A stretch of DNA of 64,000 bases from Mobula hypostoma (Eukaryota): positions 19,284,001 through 19,348,000 of the forward strand of contig NC_086097.1 in NCBI RefSeq assembly GCF_963921235.1, read 5' to 3'. The notes beneath the pieces are model-generated. The model ran no database searches. It was given only the letters and a program-made list of their open reading frames with translations, and had not been told where the DNA came from. Shown here piece after piece: positions 25,180-37,899 of the stretch. The position numbers and the translations under genes were made by a program. Within the stretch, counting starts at the first letter, position 1. Every line of letters begins with the position of its first letter.

Positions 25180-27390
25180 CTGGATTGGATGTTGTGCTAT
25201 GAACCAGAACCCTGAGGGGAGAGTGATCATGACATGACTGAATTCACCATGAAATTTGAGAAGGAGAAGCTGAAGTCAGATGTATCAGTAGAGTAAAGGA
25301 AATAACAGAGGTATGAGAGAGAAGATGGCCAGAATGAATTGGAAAAGAACTCTAGCAGGAATGACGGCAGAGCAGCAATGGTTGGAATTTCTGGAAACAA
25401 TTCGGAAGGCACAGGATAAATACATCCCAAAAAGGAAGAAGTATTCTCAAGGAAAGATGACACAACCGTGGGTAAGAAGAGAAGTCAAAGCCAACATAAA
25501 AGCAAGAATTTGTGGGAAGGTAGGGAATTGGGATCTTTTAAAACCAACATAAAATAACTAAAAAAGTCATTAAGAAGATGGAATACAAAAGTAAGCTAAC
25601 CAATAATATTAGAGAGGACACCAAAAGCTTCTTCAGATACATAAAGTGTAAAAAAGAGGTGACAGTGGATATCAGACCACTGGAAAATGATGTTGGAGAA
25701 ATGGCAGACAAACTGAATAAGTATCTTACATCATTCTTCACTGATGAAGACACAAGCAGTATGGTGGAAATTCCAGGTATTGGGGGACATGAAGTGTGTG
25801 AATTTACTATTACTGGAGAGAAAGTTCTTGGGAAACTGAAAGGTCTGAAGGTAGATAAGTCACCTGGACCAGATGGTGTATACCCCAGGGTTCTGAAGGA
25901 GGTAGCTGAAGAGATTGTGGAGGCATTAGTAATGATCTTTCAAAAATCACTAGATTCTGAAATAGTACCAGAAGACTGGAAAATTGCAAATGTCACTCCA
26001 CTCTTCAAGAAGGGAGAGAGGCAGAAAAAAGGAAACTATAGGACAGTTAGTCTGACCTCAGTGGGTGGGAAGATGTTGGAGTCGATTGTTAAGGATGAGG
26101 TCTCAGGATACTTGGAGGCACATGATAAAATAGGCCTTAGTCAGCATGGTTTCCTCAAGGGAAAATCTTGCCTGACAAATCTGTTGGAGTTCGCTGAAGA
26201 AATAATAAACAGGATAGATAAAGGAGAATTGCTTGATGTTGTGTGCTTGGATTTTCAGAAAGCCTTTGACAAAGTACCACACATGAGACTGCTTAACAAG
26301 CTACAAGCACATGGTACTACAGGAAAGATTCTCGCATGGATAAAACAGTGACTAATTGGCAGGAGGCAAAGAGTGAGAATTAAGGGAGCCTTTTCTGGTT
26401 GGTTTTTGGTGAATTATGTTGGGACCAATTATTTTTACATTATATGTCAATGATTTGGATGATGGTATTGATGACTTTATTGCAAAGCTTGCAGATGATA
26501 TGAAGGTAGGTGGTGAACAGGTAGCTTTGAGGATGCAGAGAGGCTACAGAAGGACTTTGACAGATCAGGAGAATGGGCAAAGAGATAGCAGATGGAATAC
26601 AATGTTGGTAAGTGTATGGTCATGCATTTTGATAGAAGAAATGAAAGGGTTGACTATTATCTAAATGCAGTGAAAATACAAAAAAAATGAGGTGCTAAGG
26701 GACTTGGGAATCCTTGTGCAAGATTCTCTAAAAGTTAATTTGCTGGTTGAGTCTGTGGTGAGGAAGGCAAATATGACGTGAGCATTTATTTCATGAGGAC
26801 TAGAATATAAAAGCAAGGAAGTAATGTTGAAACTTTATAAAGGATTGGTGAGGCCTCACTTGGAGCATTGTGAGCAGTTTTGGGCCCCTTAATTAAGGAA
26901 GGATGTGCTGAAACTGGTGAGGGTTCAAAGGAGGTTCATGAAAATGATTCCAGGATTGAATGGCTTGTCATATGAAGAGCGCCTGTATTCACTAGAATTC
27001 GGAAGAATGAGGGGTGCCCTCATCAAAGCCTATCAAAGTTAAAAGGCCTTGATAGAGTGGATGTGAAGATGTTTCCTATGGTGGAAGTGTCTAAATCCAG
27101 AGAACACAGCCTCAGAATAGAGGGATGTCCTTTTAGAATGGAGATGAGGAAGAATTTCTTTAGCTAGAAAGTGGCAAATCTGTGGAATTCTTTCCCACAG
27201 GCAGCTGTGGAGACCAAGCCTTTATGTATATTCAGGGCAGAGGTTGATAGATTCTTGATTGGTCAGGGCATGAAGGATACGGGGAGAAGACAGGAGATTG
27301 GGGCTGAGTGGAAAATTGGATCAGCCATGATGAAATGGCGGAGCAAACCCAGTGGGTCAAATGGCCTTATTCTGCACCAAGTGGTCTTAA
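25180..27390 (+). mobile_element. CR1 LINE ORF2 and 3' UTR, decayed, inserted in an antisense CR1 3' fragment
   Basis: ORF 25578-26351 with KSPGPDG..PEDWKIANVTPLFKKG..DFQKAFDKVPH; LADD. The flanks 24940-25180 and 27390-27525 rejoin as CR1. Confidence 0.92.
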
Positions 27391-28624
27391 ACATTTCATC
27401 TTTCACACTTAATCTTTCTCATCTCATCTGACCTCAGTGGAAAAAGTCTGCTTGCATTTACCCTATCTATGTCCCTTATAATTTTCTATATCTCTGTCAA
27501 ATCTCCCCTCATTCTCCTGTGCCCTAAGATATGACATCCATAGTGCAAAGAAGGTATGGTAAACTTACTGAAGGAAAGTGGATGGATACACTGCCCCAGA
27601 TGGAGTTCTTAAGTTTTAGTAGAAATGCCAGAAGGACCTAATGGGTTTTGGGATTCTGTGCGTCTGTACATTTACAACTTTTTAGACTAATTATCCGTGC
27701 AATAACAATATATGGATTGTGATTACCCAAGCGACTATTTGGCAGGGTACATTTCAGCTCCCTCACTTGATCACTTGTAACCTTATTTTTTTTCTGCTAA
27801 TGTATAAACACACTCCTGAAATAAACGTTCCCAGGGGAATAGATTGTCAGAATCCAATCCAAGTTGATTAATGGCTGCTCACTCAGATACTCGACCAGCA
27901 AGAACGTATGGCTTTAAGAGCTCACGCTGCACAGGAGGAGGATTAATTACCAGTCCAGGCCTGTCATCACAACAATTATATAAATGGAAAATTGTTTGGA
28001 AAGCAGAATTTGTTAAAGGGTTCAGCTCCCAAGTCCCTGAAAAAGTGGATTGTAAGCAAAAGTACTTCAAAATCATAATGGCATCCCATGCAAACACCTA
28101 GCTCTAGTTGAATGTGTTTACATGTAAATCAGTGTCACAGTGAGGGGCAGCTTTTCAGGTCCAATTTGCCTCTTCCTGTTTCCAAACACAACTCATCTTT
28201 GGTCAGCTCTCTGAGATAAGATGCCAGAAGACTCTGTTTGGATCCCACTGACCTCCACCCCCCATCCCATCTCCTGAAACTTCAACCCAGAGCCCATCCC
28301 AAAAAGAAAACACCGAAGGAAGCAAGTTTAGGACAAATTGCAGCACATTTAAATATTAAATTGAGCAAATGGACTAGTGTGCATGAAGCCTTAAGAGTTT
28401 CCAGCCTGGATGAATTTACTCACCTCAATACTGATTCTACAAACTAATTTCAAGGACTCTACAATTCATCCCCTATTCCATTTATTACTTATTTATTCAA
28501 TATTATTCATTGATTTTTTTTTTGTATTTGCACAGTTTGTCTTCTTTTGCAGATTGGTTGTTTGCCTGTCATTGTGTGTCATTTTTCATTGATTCTATTG
28601 TGTTTCTCTGTATCTACTGAGACC

Positions 28625-29048
28625 CTCTCCCACTTGTGCCTGTTACGGTGCTGGTGTTTAGGGCAGCAATGAAGCTCCTCCACCTCTGGCAGTGTTCAGG
28701 CCTTCCTTCATCGTGTCAGTAGCTTCCTCTCGGTTTTCACTACTGTCAGTCATGCAAGTTCCGGGTGGAGACTCAGGAATACCGTCGCACTCAGATGTAT
28801 AAGGATTCTTCATTGCTGTTTCCGTAACAATTTTGTTTGATCAGTCAGAGTTGTTAGCCCTGAGCTGAACCTCGGAACCTGGAGGACTGGAAGACCCCAC
28901 TTGATCTGCCCTCTACCCTTTGACCTGTTTAGCATGGGTGACCCTACCAAGAGCCAAAGCATAAAGTCCTGACTCCAGCCAACACAGCTCTCTGGGTCAC
29001 TGAGGCACGCAAGCCTCCAAACCACGACCAGGTTGTGGTCCTCTTGGA
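28625..29048 (-). mobile_element. Short bipartite RTE-derived element (5' UTR fused to 3' end)
   Basis: Closely similar to 47630-48052 and homologous to both ends of the RTE at 34395-35380. TSD-like atctactg/atctgctg. Confidence 0.75.
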
Positions 29049-29802
29049 GCATCTGCTGTGAATGTCCACAAAAAAATGAACCTCAGAGAGGCGTACGGTG
29101 ACATACAGGAACCTTGACAATAAATTTACTTTGAACCTTGAGACAGTGTAAATCCTCTCAATCCTTTATGTTAGAGCCTGTATGATTTCTCTATCTGATT
29201 ATCCCAGAGAGATAGTTACACTGTGTCCAATCTCGCCGTGCGATGCAATCGTGATTGGAAATGCAGCGTAGGCTAGAAACTCTTCGGTTATTACTTCTCG
29301 TGGACGATTAATATGTTTGTGACGGATTCCTGGCTTCCATTTCGACATGGTTGTTAAAGTGTTTGTTTTTAAATATGGGGCAGAGAGGGATATGGGTCCT
29401 AATAGGGGAGCCAGCGGGGCCATTTACTGCTGCTATTTTGCATGGATTAGAGTGAGGGAAATCTAGAGCAGCTTGTTAGTATACAAATATATGAATTAGG
29501 AGCCAGAATAGCCCTGGGTCTGCTCTGCCATTCAATAAGATCCTGTGAATCTAACTATAAACTTAACTCTGCATTCCTCCTCACTCCTGTAACCTTCACT
29601 TCTTTGTATCCATCTTCTCTGCTTAAAATATTCAAAGTCTATTTCCCCTACCCTTCAGAAAGAGACTTCCAAAGACTCAGAGATAACCCTTCCTTTCCCT
29701 CAATGAGTCCTTTGGTTCAGCGGTGAGTCCATGGTTCTAGATTCTCCCACATGAGGATCATCCCCTCACCTGTTAAGATGCTTCAGGATTTTGCATGTTT
29801 CA

Positions 29803-30006
29803 GAGTAACACATACAAAATGCTGAAGGAACTCACCAGATCTGGCATCATCTATGGAAAGGAATAAACATTCCCTTCCTCACTATGGGTCTCAGCCCAAA
29901 GTACCAACTATTTATTCCTCTCTATAGTTGCTGCCTGACCTGCTGAGTTCCTCCATCACTTTGTATGTGTTACTCTGGATTTCCAGCACCTGCTGAATCT
30001 CTTGTG
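29803..30006. mobile_element. Penelope-like terminal-repeat fragments in inverted arrangement
   Basis: agagtaacacatacaaaatgctgaaggaactca... pairs with ...tgagttcctccatcactttgtatgtgttactct. Confidence 0.7.
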
Positions 30007-30279
30007 CTTCTTATACATTTCATCCGAGTTTCCTTTTGCTCTTCTGCGATTGAACTTTTCCGTGCAGCTTGACACAGATATCTTGGAGATGAGTTCTTTC
30101 AAGAGGCAAGCCATGCACTGGCTTGGAAACTTTTGACTGGGGGGTTGGAGGGGGTGATAGGAGAGTTAGGTTGATCTTCGAGTAGGTTAAAAAGTTGGCA
30201 CAACAACGTGGGTCAAAGGGCCTGTACTGTAATGTTCTACTGTATGTTCTGTGTTCTCAGAAAAAAAACAATGTAATCA

Positions 30280-31232
30280 ATTACCTCTTGCCCTCACCTA
30301 CCACCCCATGAGCCTCCACATCCAACAAATCATTCTCTACAGCTTCCACCTTCTTCAGCTGGACCCTACCACTGAACACATCTTCAGTTCCCGCTTCACT
30401 TTGCGCCTTCCACAGCAAGCGCTCCCTCTATGATTCCTTTGTCCATTCACCCCCTCATTACTAATCTCCCTCCCTGCAAGAGGCAGAGGTGCCCATTCCC
30501 CTCCTCTCTCACCCTCCATTCAAGGCCCCAAACAGTCCTTCCAGGTGAAGGAACACTTTGCCCGCAGATCTGTTGGGCTCAGTGTATCCGGTGCTCCCGA
30601 AGTGACTTCCTCTACATTGGTGAGACCCGTCATAAGTTGGGGGACCGTTTTGTCGAGCAACTCTGCTCCATCTGCCAAAAGGTAGAACCTCCCAGTGGCC
30701 ATCCAGTTCAATTTCTATCCCCATTCTCATTCCAACACGTCAGTCCATGGCCTCCTCTTCTGCCACAGTGAGGCCATTCTCTGGATATAGAAGCAACACC
30801 ACATGTTCTGTTTAGGCAAGCTTCAACCTGATGGCATGAATATTGATTTCTCTAACCTCTAGTAAATACTTCCCTTCCCCCTTCCCTCTTCTTCAATTCT
30901 CTACTCTGGCCTCTTACCTCTTCTCCTCATCTGCCTATTACCTCCCCCCGGTCCTTTCCTCCTTCCCTTTCTTCTATGATCCACTCTCATCTCCTATCAG
31001 ATTCCTTCTTCTCCAGCCCTTTGCCTTTTGCACCTACACCTCCCAGCTTCTTACTCCATCCCCACCTCACCAACCACAAGGCCTTACCTATCACATTCCA
31101 GCTTGTCCTTCTTCCCTTTTCTCCAGCTTCTTAATCTGACATCTTCTGCATTCTCTTCTGGTCCTGGTGAAGAGTCACGGCCAAAAGCGTCGAATGTCCA
31201 TTAATTTCCATGCTGCCCAACCTGCTGAGTTC
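30280..31232 (+). mobile_element. Penelope-like element 3' part (GIY-YIG endonuclease + pLTR)
   Basis: PLALTYHP; CIRCSRSDFLYIGETRHKLGDRFVEQ; QPDGMNIDFSN; pyrimidine tract and a decayed hammerhead motif. Confidence 0.85.
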
Positions 31233-32277
31233 GTGCGTGCGTGCGTGCATGTATGTGTGTATGTGTGTAAGATCCTTATTATCCAAAGTGTAATGTTTTG
31301 TAACGTCAGAATCTAATCAAAAGAAGAACATGGGAGCCTGGCATAATGTGTAATGACATAGACCATTCATGTACTTCTTACGAATAACCCATAATGAATT
31401 ATGTAAATAACAAAGAACACTTAATTAAACAATAGTTTTACAATATTACTCAGATATTTCTGAAATATTAAATACACAACACCAGTCATTCTCTCTTATA
31501 TGCCCTCCCATTGAGCAGAAAATACAAAAACTTGAAATCGCCAGGGTCAAGGACAGTTATCAGACTAATGATTGGAGCTCTCATACACTAAAAGATGAAC
31601 TCTTGACCTCCCAATCTACCTCAGGGCAACACTTGCACTTTATTTGTCCATCTGCACTGCACTTTCTCTGTAACTGCAACACTGTATTCTGAATTCTGCT
31701 TTCCTTTGTTACTACCTTGATGTACTTATGTATGCAATGATCTTCATGAATGGCATGCAGACAAAAGCTTTTCAGTGCATTTTGTACATGTGACAATAAA
31801 CCAATTCCAATCCATAATCGAGAAGAAGACTTCCCCTGCCGGCATTGATGAAGAGTCTCTGCCCGAAACATCAACTGTTTATTCCTTTTCATCGAAGTGG
31901 CCTGACCTGCTGGGACCAATTAACCTACTCATTCTTATGCCTTTTGAATGTGGGAGGAAATCAGAGCATCCAGCATTTTTGTGTATGTTACTGTGAATTT
32001 CCAGTATCTGCACAATCTCTTGAGCTTAAGTTCTCATGTCCGTGGATTCACCTGGTTCATGTAGTCAGTACTGAGGGCCTATATCTGTGTTATCACCTTC
32101 GTATTAGCTGTGGCCAATGGAAGTATTACACAGTGAGTGAGCAGGGGTGGACATTCTCCAGACTGGTATGTCAACAAGTTACTAAAAATACGCAAACACT
32201 ATCCCGGATCCAACCTATGTGTTTCCTGGCCAAGGGAGAACTGTCCCTGGCAAGAGAAAGTGTTGCTTCCTCTAAGA

Positions 32278-32355
32278 CAGGGGTTCCCAACCTTTTTATG
32301 CCATGGACCCCTACCATAAACCTAGGGGTCCATGGACCCAGGATGGGAACCCTTT
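32278..32355. mobile_element. hAT-type MITE (78 bp)
   Basis: TIR caggggttcccaacct / aggatgggaacccttt, internal ccatggaccc/gggtccatgg palindrome, and TSD-like ctctaaga/ctctaggg. Confidence 0.8.
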
Positions 32356-32399
32356 CTCTAGGGGTCTTATCACACACTGTCACATTGTGCCGTCTCTAA

Positions 32400-32570
32400 G
32401 AAGATTGTACGTCCTTCGCGTAAACACATGGATTTCCTCCGAGCGCTGATTTCCTCCTACATTCCAAAGATATACCAGTTAGGAGGTTAATTGGTCATTA
32501 TAAATTGTCCTGTGATTAGGCTGGGGTTAAATAGCAGGGTTGCAGGGCAGTGCGGCTCTTTGGGCTGGAG
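32400..32570 (+). mobile_element. V-SINE (HE1-like) fragment
   Basis: atttcctccgagcgctgatttcctcctacattccaaaga V-domain-like motif. Confidence 0.6.
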
Positions 32571-33204
32571 AACAGCAGCTCTAAAATAATGGAGAACAAA
32601 ATCTTCTGCCAACTGTCATCAAGAACACCATCAAAGAAACAATAAATCAGCCTTCAGTCCTGCAGTAATCCCAAAAGCGCTGTGGGAAGTGGACTAGAAA
32701 CATCAAGTGTGTCCTCTCTATAAAATCGATATGTCACTGCTGCAAACAGGAATGAGCACTGAAGTGATTTGACAGAGTAAGAACCTGTGTTTCTCAAGGC
32801 ACAAAGCAACTCTTACATGGTGCAAATGCAGTGATAAAGGAGGTCACACACATATTACCCCAGAAAGGTGGGTGTTAGCTGAATGTAAATATCCAGGATA
32901 CTACTCAAGATCCCTCCATTCCTTCCAGCAATTTAGGGGAGCTGGGAGAAGCAGTAATGCTGACTACACTCAGGAGGAATTTGCACTAACAAGTGAACAG
33001 GCAGTGAATAGAGAGATATAGTCCATGAATAAGCAGATGGCTTTGGTTTAGACTGGTGTCATAGTAGGCTCATACATGGTGGGCTGAAAGTTGTTGCTAT
33101 GCTGTGTTGGTCAGTGTTCTGTGCACGGTCTATTCACCTAATCATGCATATGTAGCTTTCCCTTTCCATAAAAAAAAACAAAGGACAGGATTGTCAGAAA
33201 ACAG

Positions 33205-33810
33205 TTACTGTTTTATTTAAAGATACAGTACAGTAACAGGCCCATCTGGCCCAACGAGCCTGCAATGCCCAAATACACTCAATTAATCTACTGACCTGTG
33301 CATCTTTGGGATGTGGTAGGAAACTGGAGCTCCAGAGGAAACCCACACGATCATGGGGAGAACATTCAAACTCCTTACAGACAAAGTGAGACTTTAAATT
33401 GGGTCACTGGCGCTGTAGTAGCATCACTCTAACTGCTACACTACACCAAAATTCGTAAAGAGCTACTCCAAGTTCTCCAGCTGCTTCCGAAACATGCTGA
33501 GTCTAGTTGTGAGAGCTACCGCGATCAGATGATAATGTTCACACATTTGAATGTTAATTTATTTAGCAATACAGCTCATTAACAGGTCCTTTCAGCCCAG
33601 TGAGCCTGTGCCACCCAATTACAACGCAGCCACCAATTAACCTACTCACCCTTATGCCTTTTGAATGTGGGAGGAAATCAGAGCACCAAGAGGAAACCCA
33701 TGCGGTCAGGGGAAGAACATAGAAACGCCTTACGGACAGCAGTGGGAATTGAATTCAGGTCATTGGCACTGTAATAGTGTTACGTTAACCATTACACTAC
33801 AGTGCTGTGC
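33205..33810 (-). mobile_element. Two V-SINE (HE1-like) copies
   Basis: Reverse V-domain ttgggatgtggtaggaaactggagctccagaggaaacccac and tgaatgtgggaggaaatcagagcacc; tRNA-like heads at the right ends. Confidence 0.7.
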
Positions 33811-34394
33811 TGAATTGTTAACCAAAGTAAAAATCCTTTATGATGAAAAATTTGCAGAACAGGGACTTAAGGCACTTCACACACATCCAGGTAGCTATAA
33901 GGAAGTACAAATTACTCATCTTATCTCAATAACTATCCAGTAATCTGCTGAAATACTGGAGTCTGCATACCTTATTGGTTCCTTGAACTTGTTCTGATAT
34001 ATCAAATCCCTGCAGTGCTTGAATCAAATCAGCAACGAATGGCTAACTTAGTCTGAAATTAACCAGGGAGTGATTGTACTGCAGAAGTGGGTGAGAATGT
34101 GTTGGGGACAAATGCACAGATTGCATCACATAACAGGAGTCATTTTCATTAAAAGGTAGTCATTTCAGTTTGATTAATTTTGTAGAGTCGCTGATATTAA
34201 ATTGAACATCCATTGTGCTGCAGTATTCCACAAAAGAAAATCAGCTGGAACTCCAGGAACAAATCGCCCAATCACACTGTCATCTAAAAATAAGACAGCA
34301 TTCAAAGTATCAGCTCTGCTGTCCTCTCCCAGCTCATTGCACACAAATAACGGCGTAAATTCTGAAACAGACTAATGCATAAGCAGTTTAATTA

Positions 34395-35380
34395 CCCTCA
34401 AAGACGACCACAACCAGGACCTTGTACTTTGATTCTTGGTAAGGTCACCCATGCTAAACAAGTCAAAGGGTCACACACAAAATACGGGAGGAACTCAGCA
34501 GGTCAGGCAGCATCAATGGAAAAGAGTAAACAATGTTTTGGGCCGAGACCCCTCTTCAGGTCAAATGGTAGAGACCTAACTACAAGTGGTCCACCAGTCT
34601 TCCAGGTTCATAGGAGATCTGTTCAAGGCTAACAACCCTGACTGGTCAAAAAAAGTCGTTATGGAAACAGCAAAAAACCCTCCTATACCTGTGTGCGATG
34701 GTATTCCTAAGACTCCACCCAAGACTTGCATGACTGACAGTAGTGAAAAACCAAAGGAGACTATTAGCACATGAAAGAAGACCTGAACACCGCCAAGACC
34801 AAGAACAAAATTGTTTTTTGGAATAAATGATCCATGTACAACACTAGCAAGCTAGCACAAATAATGGCAGAAATGTGTCATTACAACCTACATGTGTCAG
34901 TGAAGGCAGATGGACAGGGTCTGGCAGCTGAAAGGCAGCAACTGGTGAAACAGGAAGGGAAGATGGTCAGTCACACCAAGGAGAAGCTGTGTTCTGACCA
35001 CACCCTCGTATGGCTCAGAATGCTGGCACATGACAGAGGGCAACCTTACCAAGCCATCTTCATTCCACACCATGAAGATCTTCAGAAAGATCTCAAACCA
35101 CGCCCTACTCCTTCAGTGACGAAGAGGACATGGCCACAATCATCATGAGGAAACGTTGGAGAGGGATTGGGCACGTGATGAGAAGCGAGGCCAACTCCAT
35201 CATCAAGACAGCACTTCATGGGACCCCTGAAGGGCGGAAGAAACACGGGAGACCAAAGACAACTTGGCACCGTACCACAGAGACAGAAATGAGAACCCTG
35301 AACCACACCTGCGGCACAACAGAGAAGAGGACCAAGAACAGACAGAGATGGGGGGCTTTCGTTGGGGGGCAGTAAATAAA
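34395..35380 (+). mobile_element. RTE-clade LINE, internally deleted, with a short PLE fragment inserted at 34470-34560
   Basis: Endonuclease start MYNTSKLAQIMAEMCHYNLH; C-terminus RKRWRGIGHVMR..TALHGTPEGRKKHGRPKTTW; gtaaataaataagtaa tail. Confidence 0.8.
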
Positions 35381-35451
35381 TAAGTAAAGTTTATTTGTTC
35401 TTCATTTTTATTTACACTCATTTATTCCCTCAAATCAGCACCATACTGACG

Positions 35452-35484
35452 CTGATGAAGGGTCTCGTCCCAAAACATCGACTG
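35452..35484 (+). ncRNA. Decayed minimal hammerhead ribozyme motif (PLE terminal repeat)
   Basis: CTGATGA-agggtctcgtccc-AAAAC-ATC-gactg. Confidence 0.55.
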
Positions 35485-36399
35485 TTCATTCCCTCCATAG
35501 CTGCTGAGCTCCCGCAGCATTTTGCCTGTGTTACTCAGGATTTCCAGTATCTGCAGAACCTCTTGTGTTTACCATATGGCCCTGGTTAGATTGATTGACA
35601 TCAGCAGACTAAAGTAGGCAAACTTATCAAACCTTCAAGGAATCTAAAAGAGGATATTTAGCTGTTTTAAAAGCATCATTTGTGATGAAAGATAACATCA
35701 GACTTGATGGTAAATTGTTACTACTGACAGAATGTAATGGTGCGTTCAGCACAGAAGGGAGCACTGCACTGGACCGCTGAGATACCACACAACACTGACT
35801 GACTGATGCTTGCAAACACATCTCACTCACAGTACTAGAAGAATGGCAGCCCAGGTCTCTGACAGTGAAGGAGATCGAAGTTTATATCAAGCAGACAAAT
35901 GGTATCTGAAAATTAGTTAGGGTGATACAGATCCAGGGACGTAAATTCAATCCCAAATCCCTCCATCTAAGATTCTAGATGCTCCTGAAACCTAATGTCT
36001 GACCTTTAGACTATGTGCCTTTCTATTAACCTTTGCAAGATTAACTTTGTGCAACCATCTTTTGACTGAAAGAAAAGCCATGATCAGCTCCTGCCGGAAA
36101 GGCACAATGGGCCAAATTCCTTCTGTGAAGAACAAGAGAGAGAAAACAGAGAGTAAAACCTCATAAACACAAGAGACTCTGCAGATGCTGGAAATCCAGA
36201 GCAAAACACACAGAATGTCGGAAGAACTCAACAGGTCAGGCAGCACCTTTGGAAATGAATGAACAGTTGACATAATACAGCAGCCACAGTGGAATGGCAG
36301 AGATGACCACTTGGGCCAAATAGCCTAACTCTGCTCCTAAGTCTTACGAGCTTATGTTCTACGTTTATTGATGATTCATAGAAAGCGCTCTACCCCGAT

Positions 36400-37078
36400 A
36401 CATCACAGCTACCCAAGACCACAAGAAGCAGCAGACAGTGTGCAAAACTGAGAAGTGATTAATTTTGTAAAGTCGAACTTGAAGGCAGAATACAGGGTTA
36501 ACAGCAACATTCAGAGCAGTGTATAGGAACAGGGAGATCTTGGGGTCCGTGTCCATCCATCCCTCAAAGTTGCCTTGCAAGTTGATAGGTTTGTTAAGAA
36601 GATGTATGTTGTGTCACTAGATTGAGTTCAAGAGCCACAAGATAATGTTACAGCTCTATAAAACTCTGGTTAGACCACATTTGGAGTGATGTGTTCAGTT
36701 CTGGTCAACTCATTATAGGAGGAATGTAAAGCTTTAGAGAGGGTGTAGAGGAGATTACCAGGATTAGAAACTATGTCGTATGAAAATAGGTTAAGCGAGC
36801 TCGGGCTATTCTCTTTGGAGTGAAGGATGACGAGAGGTGACTTGACAGAGGTGTGCAAGATGTAAAGTCCAGGAGAGATGTCAAAGGTAAGTTTTATTTA
36901 CACAGAGAATGGTAGCTGTGTGGAACTCACTGCCAGGGATCCTGATTCAAGGAGATACATTTAAGAGGCACTTAGATAGCCTCATGGATGTAAGAAAATG
37001 GAAGCTATGTGGCAGGTAGGGGTAGATTGATCTTGTAGTAGGTTAAAAGGTCAGCCAAACATCATAGGGAAAGGGCCT
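36400..37078 (+). mobile_element. CR1 LINE 3' fragment
   Basis: cagctctataaaactctggttagaccacatttggag (LYKTLVRPHLE) and a CR1 3' UTR. Confidence 0.8.
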
Positions 37079-37899
37079 TGTCACACCATGGGTTTTGGTG
37101 AGGGGCACATACCCTTATGAAGGTGTGGATTTTAAAAATCAGACGGCAGGCCACAATAGCACATTCATTGTGTGTGACAAACTTTCAGAAAAAGTGCAAA
37201 AGATATTTACAGTGCAAAAAGTGGCAAAGTGACAAAAAGAAAAAACATGGATATATGCTATCAAACCTGTAGGACTACACTCCAAAACATCAGTCTGAAG
37301 CTATATATCTCTGCCTCGCCACACTTACACCAAAGTCAGGATCTCCTTACTTGGAATTCCGGGAGGGGGGGGCAGTGTCGTTACCATGAGCCCGAACAAT
37401 TATACAAAACCCAAAACAAAAGGTATCACATCCTTCTTCACAATCACAGATTTCCACAAACACATTCATCACAATAAGAATAAGATTGTTGCTGTGCAAC
37501 AAAAGTCTACAGCTAACCACTTTCCAGGAGCTAGCCCTCTTCCCCGTCCCCCAGCGCGAACTCCTCAACTGAGCCAGCACAGAGCACATGCCGCCACAAA
37601 CGGGCTCCTTTTTAAGATGCCCGACCTATCAGTTGGGTCTCCTCCCTGAAACTGGAAGGAAAAACAAACAGGAGGCGTCAAAGAATGCCACTGCCCTGCA
37701 GTGTGCAAGTACAAACAAACACGTCCGTGCTGTGCATTAGCCGATAAGTCCAATGTCAGCACTGCCAGGCAGAAATAATGAGAATTACAGGACTACTGGG
37801 GGGGAACGGTGGGTGGGGGGGGAGAAATTACTTGTGGCAGACCTACTCTGTCGCAGACCTACTCTGTCACAGACCTGTTCTGTGCAGCAACTGTTCAAA

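Noticed and set aside
31289..31481. Possible short solo LTR (tgt...aca, AT-rich)
   Set aside because: No TSD and no second copy in the window; support is too weak.
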